Assembly (NCBI GenBank): GCA_027365215.1
Contig: DAHXNT010000001.1
Location: 1 to 40,001, forward strand
DNA: 40,001 nucleotides
Reading direction: 5' to 3'
DNA from: Candidatus Micrarchaeota archaeon
GTDB lineage: Archaea > Micrarchaeota > Micrarchaeia > Micrarchaeales > Micrarchaeaceae
This document shows, piece after piece, positions 18,718 through 27,404 of this stretch. How positions within the stretch are numbered: position 1 is the stretch's first letter; every line of letters begins with the position of its first letter. The position numbers were made by a program, and so were the translations under genes. The notes under the pieces are model-generated. The model was not told where the DNA came from. It worked only from the letters and a program-made list of their open reading frames with translations, and made no database searches.

Positions 18718-18873
18718 AATAGCGCCAATAAATACATATAGCACAAATCGTCTCTGTAAAATCAGCAGTGTTTGCTGCTGTATGTGCCGATGTTATTTTT
18801 TTCTGTTGACTAATATTTTAATATGCTGTTAATTTAAATACATTCCCTCAGTTCCCCTATTATCAAGGTAAAG

Positions 18874-19137
18874 TCATATTTTCGAAGATGCCTCCGCAAC
18901 CTGCAGATCCCTCAGGACTGAGTTGACCGAAGCGCGCAGCGCCGTCGCATCCAGCGCCCTTATTTCTATGGTTGTCCCGGCCGCGGTGCGCGTTATGGAT
19001 ATCACGCTTCTCTTGTACTTTCCGCCATGCAGCACCGTTCCATATCTTGCAGAGCCGGATTCCGGCAGCGCTATGCTGCACGTGTACCCTTCATTCCTCT
19101 GAATCTTCGGCTTCGGTCGTGATGCTTTTGCTGCCAT
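18874..19137 (-). CDS. pcc1: KEOPS complex subunit Pcc1
   Basis: IEIRALDATALRASVNSVLRDLQVA pattern; follows Brix as in the archaeal superoperon. Confidence 0.8.
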   Translation of the reverse strand: MAAKASRPKPKIQRNEGYTCSIALPESGSARYGTVLHGGKYKRSVISITRTAAGTTIEIRALDATALRASVNSVLRDLQVAEASSKI

Positions 19138-19441
19138 CTCCAACACCGGACTTGTTTTTTATTGTTATGCTGCGTCCAGACTTGCTTAACGTGTATGATG
19201 AAGCCGTTGCGTATCTATTGGCGGCGTCATATGTGGTTATCAGACGCGCGTACATCGGCCCTTTTCCTGATCTGCCGAGTATTATTATTTTCTTGAAGCC
19301 CTTAGACCTTGCGTCAGTTATTACCTTGGTGAGGGGCTTCACACCCCTTCCAACAACGGCGCTGTGAGAAAAGAGCTTCCCTACAATAGAGCATGCGCCG
19401 AGCAGCTCTGGGCTGTTTCTCGAATGCGTTATGTATGGCAT
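19091..19441 (-). CDS. short Brix/IMP4-like ribosome biogenesis protein (N-terminal half)
   Basis: YITHSRNS...GRGVKPL...ARSKGFKKIIIL...GP resembles the Brix N-terminus (ITTSRxPS...RGKK); context between rpl15e and pcc1. Confidence 0.6.
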   Translation of the reverse strand: MPYITHSRNSPELLGACSIVGKLFSHSAVVGRGVKPLTKVITDARSKGFKKIIILGRSGKGPMYARLITTYDAANRYATASSYTLSKSGRSITIKNKSGVGDGSKSITTEAEDSEE

Positions 19442-19464
19442 GAGGCAGCGCCATCTACCTTGCC

Positions 19465-19983
19465 TTAACGGTGCTTGCGCCTTAGACCCCTGTACTTTGT
19501 GGCTGCGCTCGTGAGGCCCCTTGCGGCCCTACCGTTCTTGCTGGCTATCACAGAATATGATGGCGATTTAGACGCCGGCGAGCCTTTGGAGATCAGTATT
19601 ACCTCGTAATACTTGAATGATCCGGCGCTCCCGACAAAATATGAATTTATCACTTCAGAGTTTCCGAACTTCGTAGCTGCCCTGTTTTCCGCTATGGCCT
19701 TCATGGATATGTCTCGCGTGAACATCCTTCCGGCTTTGGAAGGCTTCCTGCCTCCACCCGGAGCTGCCCTTTTCTTCCTTCCTCCCTTAAGCCTGACTCT
19801 TACAACTATTATCCCTTGCTTTGCCTTGTATCCAAGTGACCTTGCCCTTGGGAGGTTTGACGGATGGTCGACTCTGATTATCGGACCCTGCGCGTTCCAG
19901 TTGGTTATCTTGTCCTTGTAGACCTGCGGCCTCTCTTTGTATTCGTTTATTAGGGTAGACCTTATCTGTCCGTACATGCTCAT
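19465..19983 (-). CDS. rpl15e: 50S ribosomal protein L15e
   Basis: ARSLGYKAKQG, VINSYFVG, YYEVIL, GRAARGLTSA. Confidence 0.97.
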   Translation of the reverse strand: MSMYGQIRSTLINEYKERPQVYKDKITNWNAQGPIIRVDHPSNLPRARSLGYKAKQGIIVVRVRLKGGRKKRAAPGGGRKPSKAGRMFTRDISMKAIAENRAATKFGNSEVINSYFVGSAGSFKYYEVILISKGSPASKSPSYSVIASKNGRAARGLTSAATKYRGLRRKHR

Positions 19984-20206
19984 GAATATCACTATATAGC
20001 GTTAAAAAGCATGTCCAATAAGGTACTTCATCATTATTATACTTTTCTGTATACTGGAAGTTGCGATTTTGTGGTTCCGTACGTTGGTAATATTGCAATC
20101 GGTCCTTTAGTAAGGTATATATATTAGAATATGTCCCAAGAAGATATTGGGGCTCAGGCCCTTCCACTCCATCTACTTATAAAATAAGATAAAAACAGGT
20201 ACTTCC

Positions 20207-21097
20207 ATGGCTAAAAATAAGGCAAAGTCCGTCACTGTTAAGAGGAATAAGGCACATCAGGTAAAAGCTGGTGTGAGAAGGGCAAATCCTACCAATAAAA
20301 GGATTGCACGCCGCACGGCAGATTCGAGAAATGTAAGGAATGCCAAAGGCACCATTAAAGGAAATGCTGACAGGCATGTAAATAAAGTACTAAAAAAGGC
20401 AGTCGGAGGTACGGCAATACACAGCAAGAACAGGGCAGAGAAGAACAAAACGTACTTTGGAAAGAGGGTGCAGTCAGCGGCGAAGCAGGTGAAGAGGACC
20501 GCAGACGCGACTTCCGTACAGCGCAAGAGGAAGGCAAAGATATCGGTAAACATCCCTTCGGTAGAAGACTCTAGGAAAGTGTTGAACATAATATCGTCCA
20601 ACTCAGTGGCTGTGAATTACATAACGAAGAACATAAGCAAGAGGGTGATGGAGGTGTTAAACCTTCTTGAAACTCCTACGAGCGACGAAGAGATCGCCCA
20701 GACCCTTGATATGAAGATAAACGCCGTTAGGCGGATACTGAACATCGCACAGGAGTATGGAATAACGAATTACTACGTTACCAAGAACACGAACGGCTGG
20801 CTCTCTTTCGCGTGGTACATAAACGCAAACAAGCTGCCGTACTTCCTTGATTACATAAATAGCAACAACAAGGTTAAGTCTGTGATAAACGACGAATGCA
20901 ACGATTATTTCGTATGCAAGACATGCTATGAGAAGGATAAGGTCGTTTTCACGTTTGATGCGGCGTTCGAGAACGGCTTTAAGTGTAATATTTGCAAGAG
21001 TGATTTCGTTAGGATGGATAGGGAAGAGGCCAGAAAACTGATCTATCCCGAAGCCGAAATCACAAAGAAGGAGGAAGCGTTGATGCCTGCTCCTTGA
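20207..21097 (+). CDS. tfe: transcription factor E alpha with long basic N-terminal extension
   Basis: Winged helix SDEEIAQTLDMKINAVRRIL...GWLSFAW; zinc ribbon FVCKTC...FTFDAAFENGFKCNIC. Confidence 0.88.
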   Translation: MAKNKAKSVTVKRNKAHQVKAGVRRANPTNKRIARRTADSRNVRNAKGTIKGNADRHVNKVLKKAVGGTAIHSKNRAEKNKTYFGKRVQSAAKQVKRTADATSVQRKRKAKISVNIPSVEDSRKVLNIISSNSVAVNYITKNISKRVMEVLNLLETPTSDEEIAQTLDMKINAVRRILNIAQEYGITNYYVTKNTNGWLSFAWYINANKLPYFLDYINSNNKVKSVINDECNDYFVCKTCYEKDKVVFTFDAAFENGFKCNICKSDFVRMDREEARKLIYPEAEITKKEEALMPAP

Positions 21098-21161
21098 GAA
21101 TGTATTATATAATTTCTTTTTTTATTAGATTTACGTTTAACTACTTATTCGTACGAGACAG

Positions 21162-21236
21162 AGCGAGGTAGGGTAGTCTGGAGTGCCCGTCGGGCTCATA
21201 ACCCGAAGACCGGTGGTTCAAATCCACCCCTCGCTA
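21162..21236 (+). tRNA. initiator tRNA-Met(CAU)
   Basis: A1-U72 acceptor AGCGAGG/CCTCGCT, three G-C pairs closing the CTCATAA loop, TTCAAAT T-loop. Confidence 0.96.
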
Positions 21237-21372
21237 AGAACTAGGTACACCCCACAATTCCACTATTCGGACTTCCCTTACTCTTATATAACATAAAAAA
21301 ATAAAACCAATTTATATATTTTAACACGAAATTCAATTTCAGCGATAGTATTAGCGGAACTCTGGGGTTCTA

Positions 21373-21870
21373 ATGGACAATAATATCAATTTTGATTATA
21401 TTTGGACCGTCTATCAAAAAGAAAAGCAGACTAACAAGCTTACGCTAGTACAGAAACAATTCTACTCGGACATAGAAGAATTCGTTAAGAATGCAGACAA
21501 GTCAACACTTGAAGGGCAGGCCGCGATATCGAACGCCATTCAAACGGTAAACCTGATAGTTGCGGCAAGGAAAAAGAAGATAATAATATACGCGGCGTAC
21601 TCGAAACCGTTACCACAGCCGATACCTGAGGAGGAAAGGAACTTCTACAACGATCTGTTAAGTGTAATAAAAAACTACGGAATCAAGAATCCAGATGGCA
21701 AACCTGAAGATGGCACTAGGAAGATGTTGAAAGTGCTGATATCAGTGCCTGAGATAACTCTTCCTTCCGGAAACCGAATAGGGCCTCTTGAAAAAGACCA
21801 GTTAGTAGAAATAGAAGACGAAGATGATATGAAATACCTCGAGAACAATAAGGTATGTGCCAGGCCCTGA
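21373..21870 (+). CDS. GINS complex protein (Gins51/Gins15-type)
   Basis: QKEK...L...FY, RKKKII, EEERNFY A-domain; VPEI..PSG..IGP..K B-domain; upstream of rpl44e. Confidence 0.85.
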   Translation: MDNNINFDYIWTVYQKEKQTNKLTLVQKQFYSDIEEFVKNADKSTLEGQAAISNAIQTVNLIVAARKKKIIIYAAYSKPLPQPIPEEERNFYNDLLSVIKNYGIKNPDGKPEDGTRKMLKVLISVPEITLPSGNRIGPLEKDQLVEIEDEDDMKYLENNKVCARP

Positions 21871-21944
21871 CCACTCATGATAATAAACATTACGTTAAAA
21901 TAGATGGCGTTGAAGATTATAAGCTTTAAATCAAGGTAATCAGC

Positions 21945-22226
21945 ATGGAAGCACCAAAACAGATAAGAGTATACTGCCCGAAGTGCCGCAAGCACACGAT
22001 ACACCTATCATCCTTGTACACATCGAGGCCTGCCAGCGGGCTGTCAATAGGCACCAGAAGGGCCGTAAGGAAGAGAACCGGTTACCAAGGAAAGGTAAAG
22101 GGAAAGGCCACGGTAATAAAACTCGGGAAACGCCAGAAGCTAATGTTAAAATGCAGCGAATGCGGCTACATAGTGGAGAGGGTGTACGGCGGCAGGACCA
22201 AGAAGAAGCTGGAGATAGCCAGATAA
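21945..22226 (+). CDS. rpl44e: 50S ribosomal protein L44e
   Basis: PKQIRVYCPKCRKHTIH and LKCSECG. Confidence 0.96.
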   Translation: MEAPKQIRVYCPKCRKHTIHLSSLYTSRPASGLSIGTRRAVRKRTGYQGKVKGKATVIKLGKRQKLMLKCSECGYIVERVYGGRTKKKLEIAR

Positions 22227-22265
22227 TCGGCCCCGTTGCTTGAGCTCGCTATAATGTGATTTAAA

Positions 22266-23069
22266 ATGCAGGAAGAAGGAAGAAACCCAAAAGTCGGAGA
22301 ATTGCTCGTTGTAGAGATAGCAAAGATAACGAAGTTCGGCGCATACTGCCGCCTTGTCGAATACAACAACATCGAGGCCTTCATGCCGATAAAGGAGGTC
22401 TCCTCTGGCTGGATAAAGAACATACACGAGTTCATACACCAGGGGCAGAAGGTGGTGTGCAAGGTAATCTTCATAGATAAGTACAAGAACACAATAGACA
22501 TATCGCTTAAGAAGGTCACGCCGAAGGAATCCAAGGAGAGGATCGGCAGGTACAACATGGAGAACAGGCTGCACGGCCTGATCCAGCAGGCGATAAAAGT
22601 TGCCGGCCTGCAGTCCGAGAAGGATGCGATATTCGCCAAGATAGGCAGCGGATTCCCTTCATACGCCGAATTCGTCATCAGCGCCACCGAAAACGCGGAC
22701 AGCTATGCCTCGATAGACATACCTAAGAAGCTCAAGGAAGTGCTGATAGACACGATAAAGGCGAACATGAAGGAGAAGAAGCACGAGGTATCATACATAG
22801 CGACAATATCGACGCAAAACACGAAGAGCGGCATCGAGGACCTGAGGAAGCTGTTCACCAAAGTGACAAGCGAGGGTGTCGACGTGGGATACATAAGCGC
22901 ACCCAAATACAGGTTCCACGCGAGCGGGACCAGTTATGTGGAGGCCGAAGCGAAGATAAAGAAGGCTGTTGACACTATCAAGGAATTCTCCAAGGACATG
23001 ATATACCAAGTAGAAAAGGAAAAGATAAAAAGGGAAAAACAAGATACTCTTTATAACATCGGCATCTGA
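22266..23069 (+). CDS. eif2a: translation initiation factor aIF2 alpha
   Basis: S1 domain PKVGELL...GWIKNI...IDISLKKV; YISAPKYR. Confidence 0.95.
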   Translation: MQEEGRNPKVGELLVVEIAKITKFGAYCRLVEYNNIEAFMPIKEVSSGWIKNIHEFIHQGQKVVCKVIFIDKYKNTIDISLKKVTPKESKERIGRYNMENRLHGLIQQAIKVAGLQSEKDAIFAKIGSGFPSYAEFVISATENADSYASIDIPKKLKEVLIDTIKANMKEKKHEVSYIATISTQNTKSGIEDLRKLFTKVTSEGVDVGYISAPKYRFHASGTSYVEAEAKIKKAVDTIKEFSKDMIYQVEKEKIKREKQDTLYNIGI

Positions 23070-23094
23070 AAGCTGCCGATTCCGGGCGCGCAGA

Positions 23095-23880
23095 ATGCTA
23101 GCATCAAGTACTATACACACAAGAAAGAATTTCAGGCTCAACGATCCCATAATGATCGTCGGGCTTCCTGGCCTTGGCAGCGTCGGCAGGCTCGTTGCGA
23201 AGCACATGATAAAGGAGCTCAAAGCCAAGAGGTTTGCCACCCTTACGTCAACATACTTCCCTCACAACGTTGTCATGCTGAAGAACGGTACCGTAAGGCT
23301 GCTGAACAACAGGTTCTATCTGGCGCATACATCTAAGTCGATAGGCCACGACATCGTGATACTGACCGGCGACACGCAGGCGATAACCCAGAGGGGGCAG
23401 TACGCGGTAAACTACAAGATAGCTAGCTTCTTCAAGGAGCGCCTGAAGGGCTCATTCATATACACGATAGGCGGCTACGCCTCGCAGCACGAGTCGGCAA
23501 CCAGCAACGTGTACGCGAACGCCACAAGCAAGAGGATTGTAAAAGAGTTCTCGAATTCCAGAGCGATATTCGGGGAATCGCGCGGCACTATAGTGGGATC
23601 GGCGGGCATGCTGATAGCGTATGCGAAGAGCATGGGCATCGATGGCATATGCCTGATGGGCGAGACCGCGCTCAACATAGACCCGAACGCAGCCAAGAGT
23701 GTGATAAAAATACTGTCGAAGAGGCTTGGCCTCAAAATGGACACCTCGGACCTGGACAAGCTTGCCAACACCGTCAATACGCAGATAAAGGAGCTCGAGG
23801 AGAAGATGTTCTCGAACATACAAGGCATAGGGCAGCCCGGCCTGCCTGGAAGCGGAGAAAAACCATCATACATCAGGTAA
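23095..23880 (+). CDS. PAC2 family (proteasome assembly chaperone-like) protein
   Basis: VGLPGLGSVG, LTGDTQ, YTIGGY, GICLMGET, DPNAA; conserved position after aIF2alpha. Confidence 0.9.
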   Translation: MLASSTIHTRKNFRLNDPIMIVGLPGLGSVGRLVAKHMIKELKAKRFATLTSTYFPHNVVMLKNGTVRLLNNRFYLAHTSKSIGHDIVILTGDTQAITQRGQYAVNYKIASFFKERLKGSFIYTIGGYASQHESATSNVYANATSKRIVKEFSNSRAIFGESRGTIVGSAGMLIAYAKSMGIDGICLMGETALNIDPNAAKSVIKILSKRLGLKMDTSDLDKLANTVNTQIKELEEKMFSNIQGIGQPGLPGSGEKPSYIR

Positions 23881-23976
23881 GGTGTGCGGTGTTACGTACA
23901 AGACTAGGAAATTTTCCTATGGCAAATCCTATATATTTGAAAGTGCACATAGTTTCAGCAACGTACACGAGGGCGA

Positions 23977-24543
23977 ATGTTCATGGCAAAACAAATAGCA
24001 AACAGCAAAAACTACGATAATACACGCGAGGGCAAGCAGCAGACCGTCGACATACCTACCGAACTGAAGTTGTTCAAGGAGAAGGAACGCAACCTCATGG
24101 AGCGTGCCGAAGAAATTATAAATCTCAGGGAAAGCCTCACCCATGTCTCGGCACAGGCTGATGTGCAGGCGAAGGAATTGGGAGAGATAATTTACGTGAT
24201 CGACAAAGAGCTGCGAAGGGTTGACGCCTCTAAGAATATAGAGCACGATGAGAGTTTCGCCAGCGCATTGATCAATAATACGTTAAAATCGCTGTCCGCG
24301 AAGAAAGAAGTGAGCCTGTCTGTCAGGCTGTTCGTGCAGGCATTATGGAAATATGAAAATATCGCGAAAGAAAAGCATGACGATGAGGCACTGCACCCAT
24401 ACGGCAAGGTGGACGTAGTGGCAAGGATGCGGGTCTTAACCGACTTATTTAATAAGAAAGTCTTCCCATCCGATCAACTCCTACGCAAGACCATGCATGA
24501 GACCACAAACACGTCAGAAAAGGAATCAACAGGATCCAAGTAA
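23977..24543 (+). CDS. hypothetical helical/coiled-coil protein
   Basis: 188-aa ORF filling the gap, charged helical composition, TATA-like sequence upstream. Confidence 0.65.
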   Translation: MFMAKQIANSKNYDNTREGKQQTVDIPTELKLFKEKERNLMERAEEIINLRESLTHVSAQADVQAKELGEIIYVIDKELRRVDASKNIEHDESFASALINNTLKSLSAKKEVSLSVRLFVQALWKYENIAKEKHDDEALHPYGKVDVVARMRVLTDLFNKKVFPSDQLLRKTMHETTNTSEKESTGSK

Positions 24544-24562
24544 ACTTCCTAGTAAACGCAAA

Positions 24563-24635
24563 TGCGAGTGCCGGGATTTGAACCCGGGTCACGAGCTTGG
24601 GAAGCTCGCGTCCTACCAGGCTAGACTACACTCGC
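24563..24635 (-). tRNA. tRNA-Gly(CCC)
   Basis: GCGAGTG/CACTCGC acceptor, CGAGC-TTCCCAA-GCTCG, CCGGG-TTCAAAT-CCCGG. Confidence 0.96.
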
Positions 24636-24646
24636 GTAACCATATC

Positions 24647-25369
24647 CTATACGATAGCAATGTATAGAGCCATTCCTATCGCGCTGCCTATGACACTGCA
24701 GATGAAGTTGGAAGTGTACTTGTTGCCGTATCCTCTCTCTTCAAAATATCCGAAAACGGAATCCACTATCGTGCCGACGAGCCCTGCGAACGTGACTATA
24801 ACCGCTATTACCCCAGCTTCTGGACCATTGAACACCATCAGCGATCCAGTTCCAATAATCGAGCCGCCGTTGGCAGGAACAAGGAACACCGTCACGCCAA
24901 TGACAAAAGCGCCTATGAACCCCGCAATTATACCCAATGGCGTAACCGCGCCGGATCTGCCCCGCCTTACCTTTTTGAAGCTGAAAAGCTCTATGGGCCG
25001 CCCGCCGAGCACGCCTACCTCGCTGCTGAACTTGTCGGCAGTTACGCTTGCCACGCTCGATATGAAGCCCACAAGCATCACCAATACCAACGAATCAAGT
25101 CCAGAAAGCCTAGCTACAAGCACTCCGAGCGCGAATACTAGCGGCATCAGGCCGTTGGCTATGACGTTTTTAGGGCCTCGCGCCTCCTGGTATAGCCCCA
25201 TCCTCTTCTTCCTGCTCTTCTTCATGTATGTGACTGCGCCAGACACAAAGACAAAATACACCATCAACAGAAGGAAGAACGGGCCGAGATAGCCGCCTGC
25301 GATAAACATCATAATTCCCATAAGTATGGCAATTATCACCGCATTCCTGTTAAGTGTCATAAACTGCAT
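24647..25369 (-). CDS. DUF92 (TMEM19-like) membrane protein
   Basis: RGPKNVIANG, ADKFSSEVG, SGAVTPLG, DSVFG motifs. Confidence 0.9.
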   Translation of the reverse strand: MQFMTLNRNAVIIAILMGIMMFIAGGYLGPFFLLLMVYFVFVSGAVTYMKKSRKKRMGLYQEARGPKNVIANGLMPLVFALGVLVARLSGLDSLVLVMLVGFISSVASVTADKFSSEVGVLGGRPIELFSFKKVRRGRSGAVTPLGIIAGFIGAFVIGVTVFLVPANGGSIIGTGSLMVFNGPEAGVIAVIVTFAGLVGTIVDSVFGYFEERGYGNKYTSNFICSVIGSAIGMALYIAIV

Positions 25370-25390
25370 ACTACCACAATTCAGCTAATC

Positions 25391-25405
25391 GGAAAGGTTT
25401 ATAAA
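25391..25405 (+). promoter_or_regulatory. BRE-TATA (GGAAAGG-TTTATAAA), possibly bidirectional
   Basis: Palindromic TTTATAAA 25398-25405 with purine-rich BRE on the + side; about 30 nt from the DUF92 start on the minus strand. Confidence 0.5.
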
Positions 25406-25572
25406 TGTATCAATCAAAAATACTACTAGCGAGTTCTCTACAATGAGGGTCGTGAAGAACTGGTCGCCTTGCCAGCGTGTAACCCACGCTGGCCTTATCC
25501 TATTAAACATAATCTCGCTGTAGACGTTATCCTCTCTTACTTGGCGCCCGGTGCGTTGTAAGGGTTATGTTT

Positions 25573-25586
25573 CAAAGGTTTATATA
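25573..25586 (+). promoter_or_regulatory. BRE-TATA promoter of radA
   Basis: CAAAGG-TTTATATA about 45 nt upstream of the radA ATG. Confidence 0.55.
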
Positions 25587-25630
25587 GTTTTACAACATTA
25601 TTCTACTGTTAATAATTTTAAAGTGTGTGG

Positions 25631-26581
25631 ATGGCCAAGGAAAAGGCTATAAGGGAGCTTGAGGACCTGCCAGGTGTCGGGGGCACCACCGCAGAGAAGA
25701 TGCGCGCTGCCGGAATAGACTCGCTGGAAAAGGTGGCGGTCGCCGCCCCGCACGAGCTATCAGAATTGGTCGGTATAAGCGTAGAAAGCGCGAAGAAGGC
25801 CATACAGGCGGCAAAGGAATCGACCACGCTAGAGTTCCACACGGGAAGCGAGATACTAGAAAAGAGGCTCAGCCTGGGCAAGATAACCACAGGATCGAAG
25901 GAACTTGACGCCCTGATAGGCGGCGGCGTCGAGGTGAATTCCATAACAGAGGTATACGGCAAGTTCGCAAGCGGCAAGTCGCAGCTCGCCATGCAGCTCT
26001 CCGTAGACGCGCAGCTTCCGAAGAAGGATGGCGGCCTTGAAGGGGCGGTGCTCTACATAGACACGGAAGGAACTTTCAGGCCCGAAAGGATAGAGTCTAT
26101 GGCAAAGGCCAAGGGCCTGGACCCTAACGTGGTGCTGAATAACATAGCGGTGGTGAGGGCCACGACCACCGAGCTGCAGATACTGACAGCAGAGAGGGCC
26201 GACAAGCTGATACAGGAAAGGAACGTCAAGCTGGTAGTCGTGGACTCGATGACGGCCCTGTTCAGGTCTGAGTTCATAGGCAGGGGCGCCCTCGGAGAAC
26301 GACAGCAGAAGCTCAATCAGCACGTGCACAGACTGCAGACACTGGCCGACAAGCACGACGTTGCCGTATTCATAACGAACCAGGTGATGGACAACCCTGG
26401 AATAATGTTCGGGGATCCGACAACACCGATAGGCGGGAATGTCCTGGCGCACGCAGCAACTACAAGGCTATACCTCAGGAAGAGCAAGGAGAGCAAGAGG
26501 ATAGTCAGGCTGGTAGACTCGCCGAACCTCCCTGAGGGCGAATGCGTCATAAGGATAACCCCTGACGGGATAACCGACTGA
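25631..26581 (+). CDS. radA: DNA repair and recombination protein RadA
   Basis: HhH LEDLPGVG, F-x-x-G polymerisation motif, GKFASGKSQ, YIDTEGTFRPER, ERQQKL, GGNVLAH. Confidence 0.97.
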   Translation: MAKEKAIRELEDLPGVGGTTAEKMRAAGIDSLEKVAVAAPHELSELVGISVESAKKAIQAAKESTTLEFHTGSEILEKRLSLGKITTGSKELDALIGGGVEVNSITEVYGKFASGKSQLAMQLSVDAQLPKKDGGLEGAVLYIDTEGTFRPERIESMAKAKGLDPNVVLNNIAVVRATTTELQILTAERADKLIQERNVKLVVVDSMTALFRSEFIGRGALGERQQKLNQHVHRLQTLADKHDVAVFITNQVMDNPGIMFGDPTTPIGGNVLAHAATTRLYLRKSKESKRIVRLVDSPNLPEGECVIRITPDGITD

Positions 26582-26610
26582 TTTTTATCCAATTCTTGGA
26601 AGGCAATTCC

Positions 26611-27396
26611 ATGGTGCTGATGCTTGTGGGGCTAGGGCTGGACAGGGGTGACATTTCTGTCAGGGCCCTTGACGCGCTGAAGAAGGCATCGCGCATCTAC
26701 TTCGAGAGATACACCAGCACAATATCACAGGATTATCTGGATTTTATAAAAGCAGAGATCGGCCGGCAGCGTGCAATCACGGAAATAAGCAGAAGCGATC
26801 TCGAGGAGAAATCCGGCAGGCTCGTAGACGAAGCGGTATCAAATGACATAGCAATAATGGTGCCTGGGGACCCGTTGGTCGCAACCACGCACCAGATAGT
26901 GCTCGAGGCAGCCGAGAAGCGCGGCGCCGGTGTCATCGTATACCATGCGGCATCTGTGTTCACTGCGGCGATAGGCGAATCAGGCCTGGACATCTACAAG
27001 TTCGGCCCTACCACGACCATTCCTTTCTGGCACGACAACTACAGGCCGATATCGTTCATCGACGTCATAAATAAGAACATGGAACGCGGCAACCACACCA
27101 TGGTCCTTGTTGACTACGATTCGACTGGCGCGTCTAGCATGAGCTTGAGAGAGGCGATAGACAGGCTGCTCTTCGCCGAAAAGGAGCGAGGGTATAAGAT
27201 ACTCGGATCAAGGAAGGTGCTCGCGATATTTGACATAGGCCGGCCATCCCAGAACATTGTTCTGGCGGATTTGGCATCACTCTCTGCCATGCATGCAAAA
27301 GATGATAAAGGAAGGCTGCTAACTATAATAATCCCTGCCGAGCCCAGCTTTGCAGAGGAGGAACTGATGTCCAGGCACGGGCATCGCCCCGCATAG
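26611..27396 (+). CDS. dph5: diphthine synthase
   Basis: LVGLGL, ERYTS, PGDPLVATTH, YKFG, HTMVLVD. Confidence 0.94.
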   Translation: MVLMLVGLGLDRGDISVRALDALKKASRIYFERYTSTISQDYLDFIKAEIGRQRAITEISRSDLEEKSGRLVDEAVSNDIAIMVPGDPLVATTHQIVLEAAEKRGAGVIVYHAASVFTAAIGESGLDIYKFGPTTTIPFWHDNYRPISFIDVINKNMERGNHTMVLVDYDSTGASSMSLREAIDRLLFAEKERGYKILGSRKVLAIFDIGRPSQNIVLADLASLSAMHAKDDKGRLLTIIIPAEPSFAEEELMSRHGHRPA

Positions 27397-27404
27397 GTGC
27401 ATGA

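Noticed and set aside
19990..21372. AT-rich intergenic blocks and a switch in gene orientation, suggesting a replication origin
   Set aside because: No repeated ORB motifs and no orc1/cdc6 nearby; promoters of divergent genes explain the AT content.
23881..24562. Orphan gene next to the tRNA-Gly 3' end as a possible integrated element
   Set aside because: No integrase and no duplicated tRNA 3' end (att site) found in the window.
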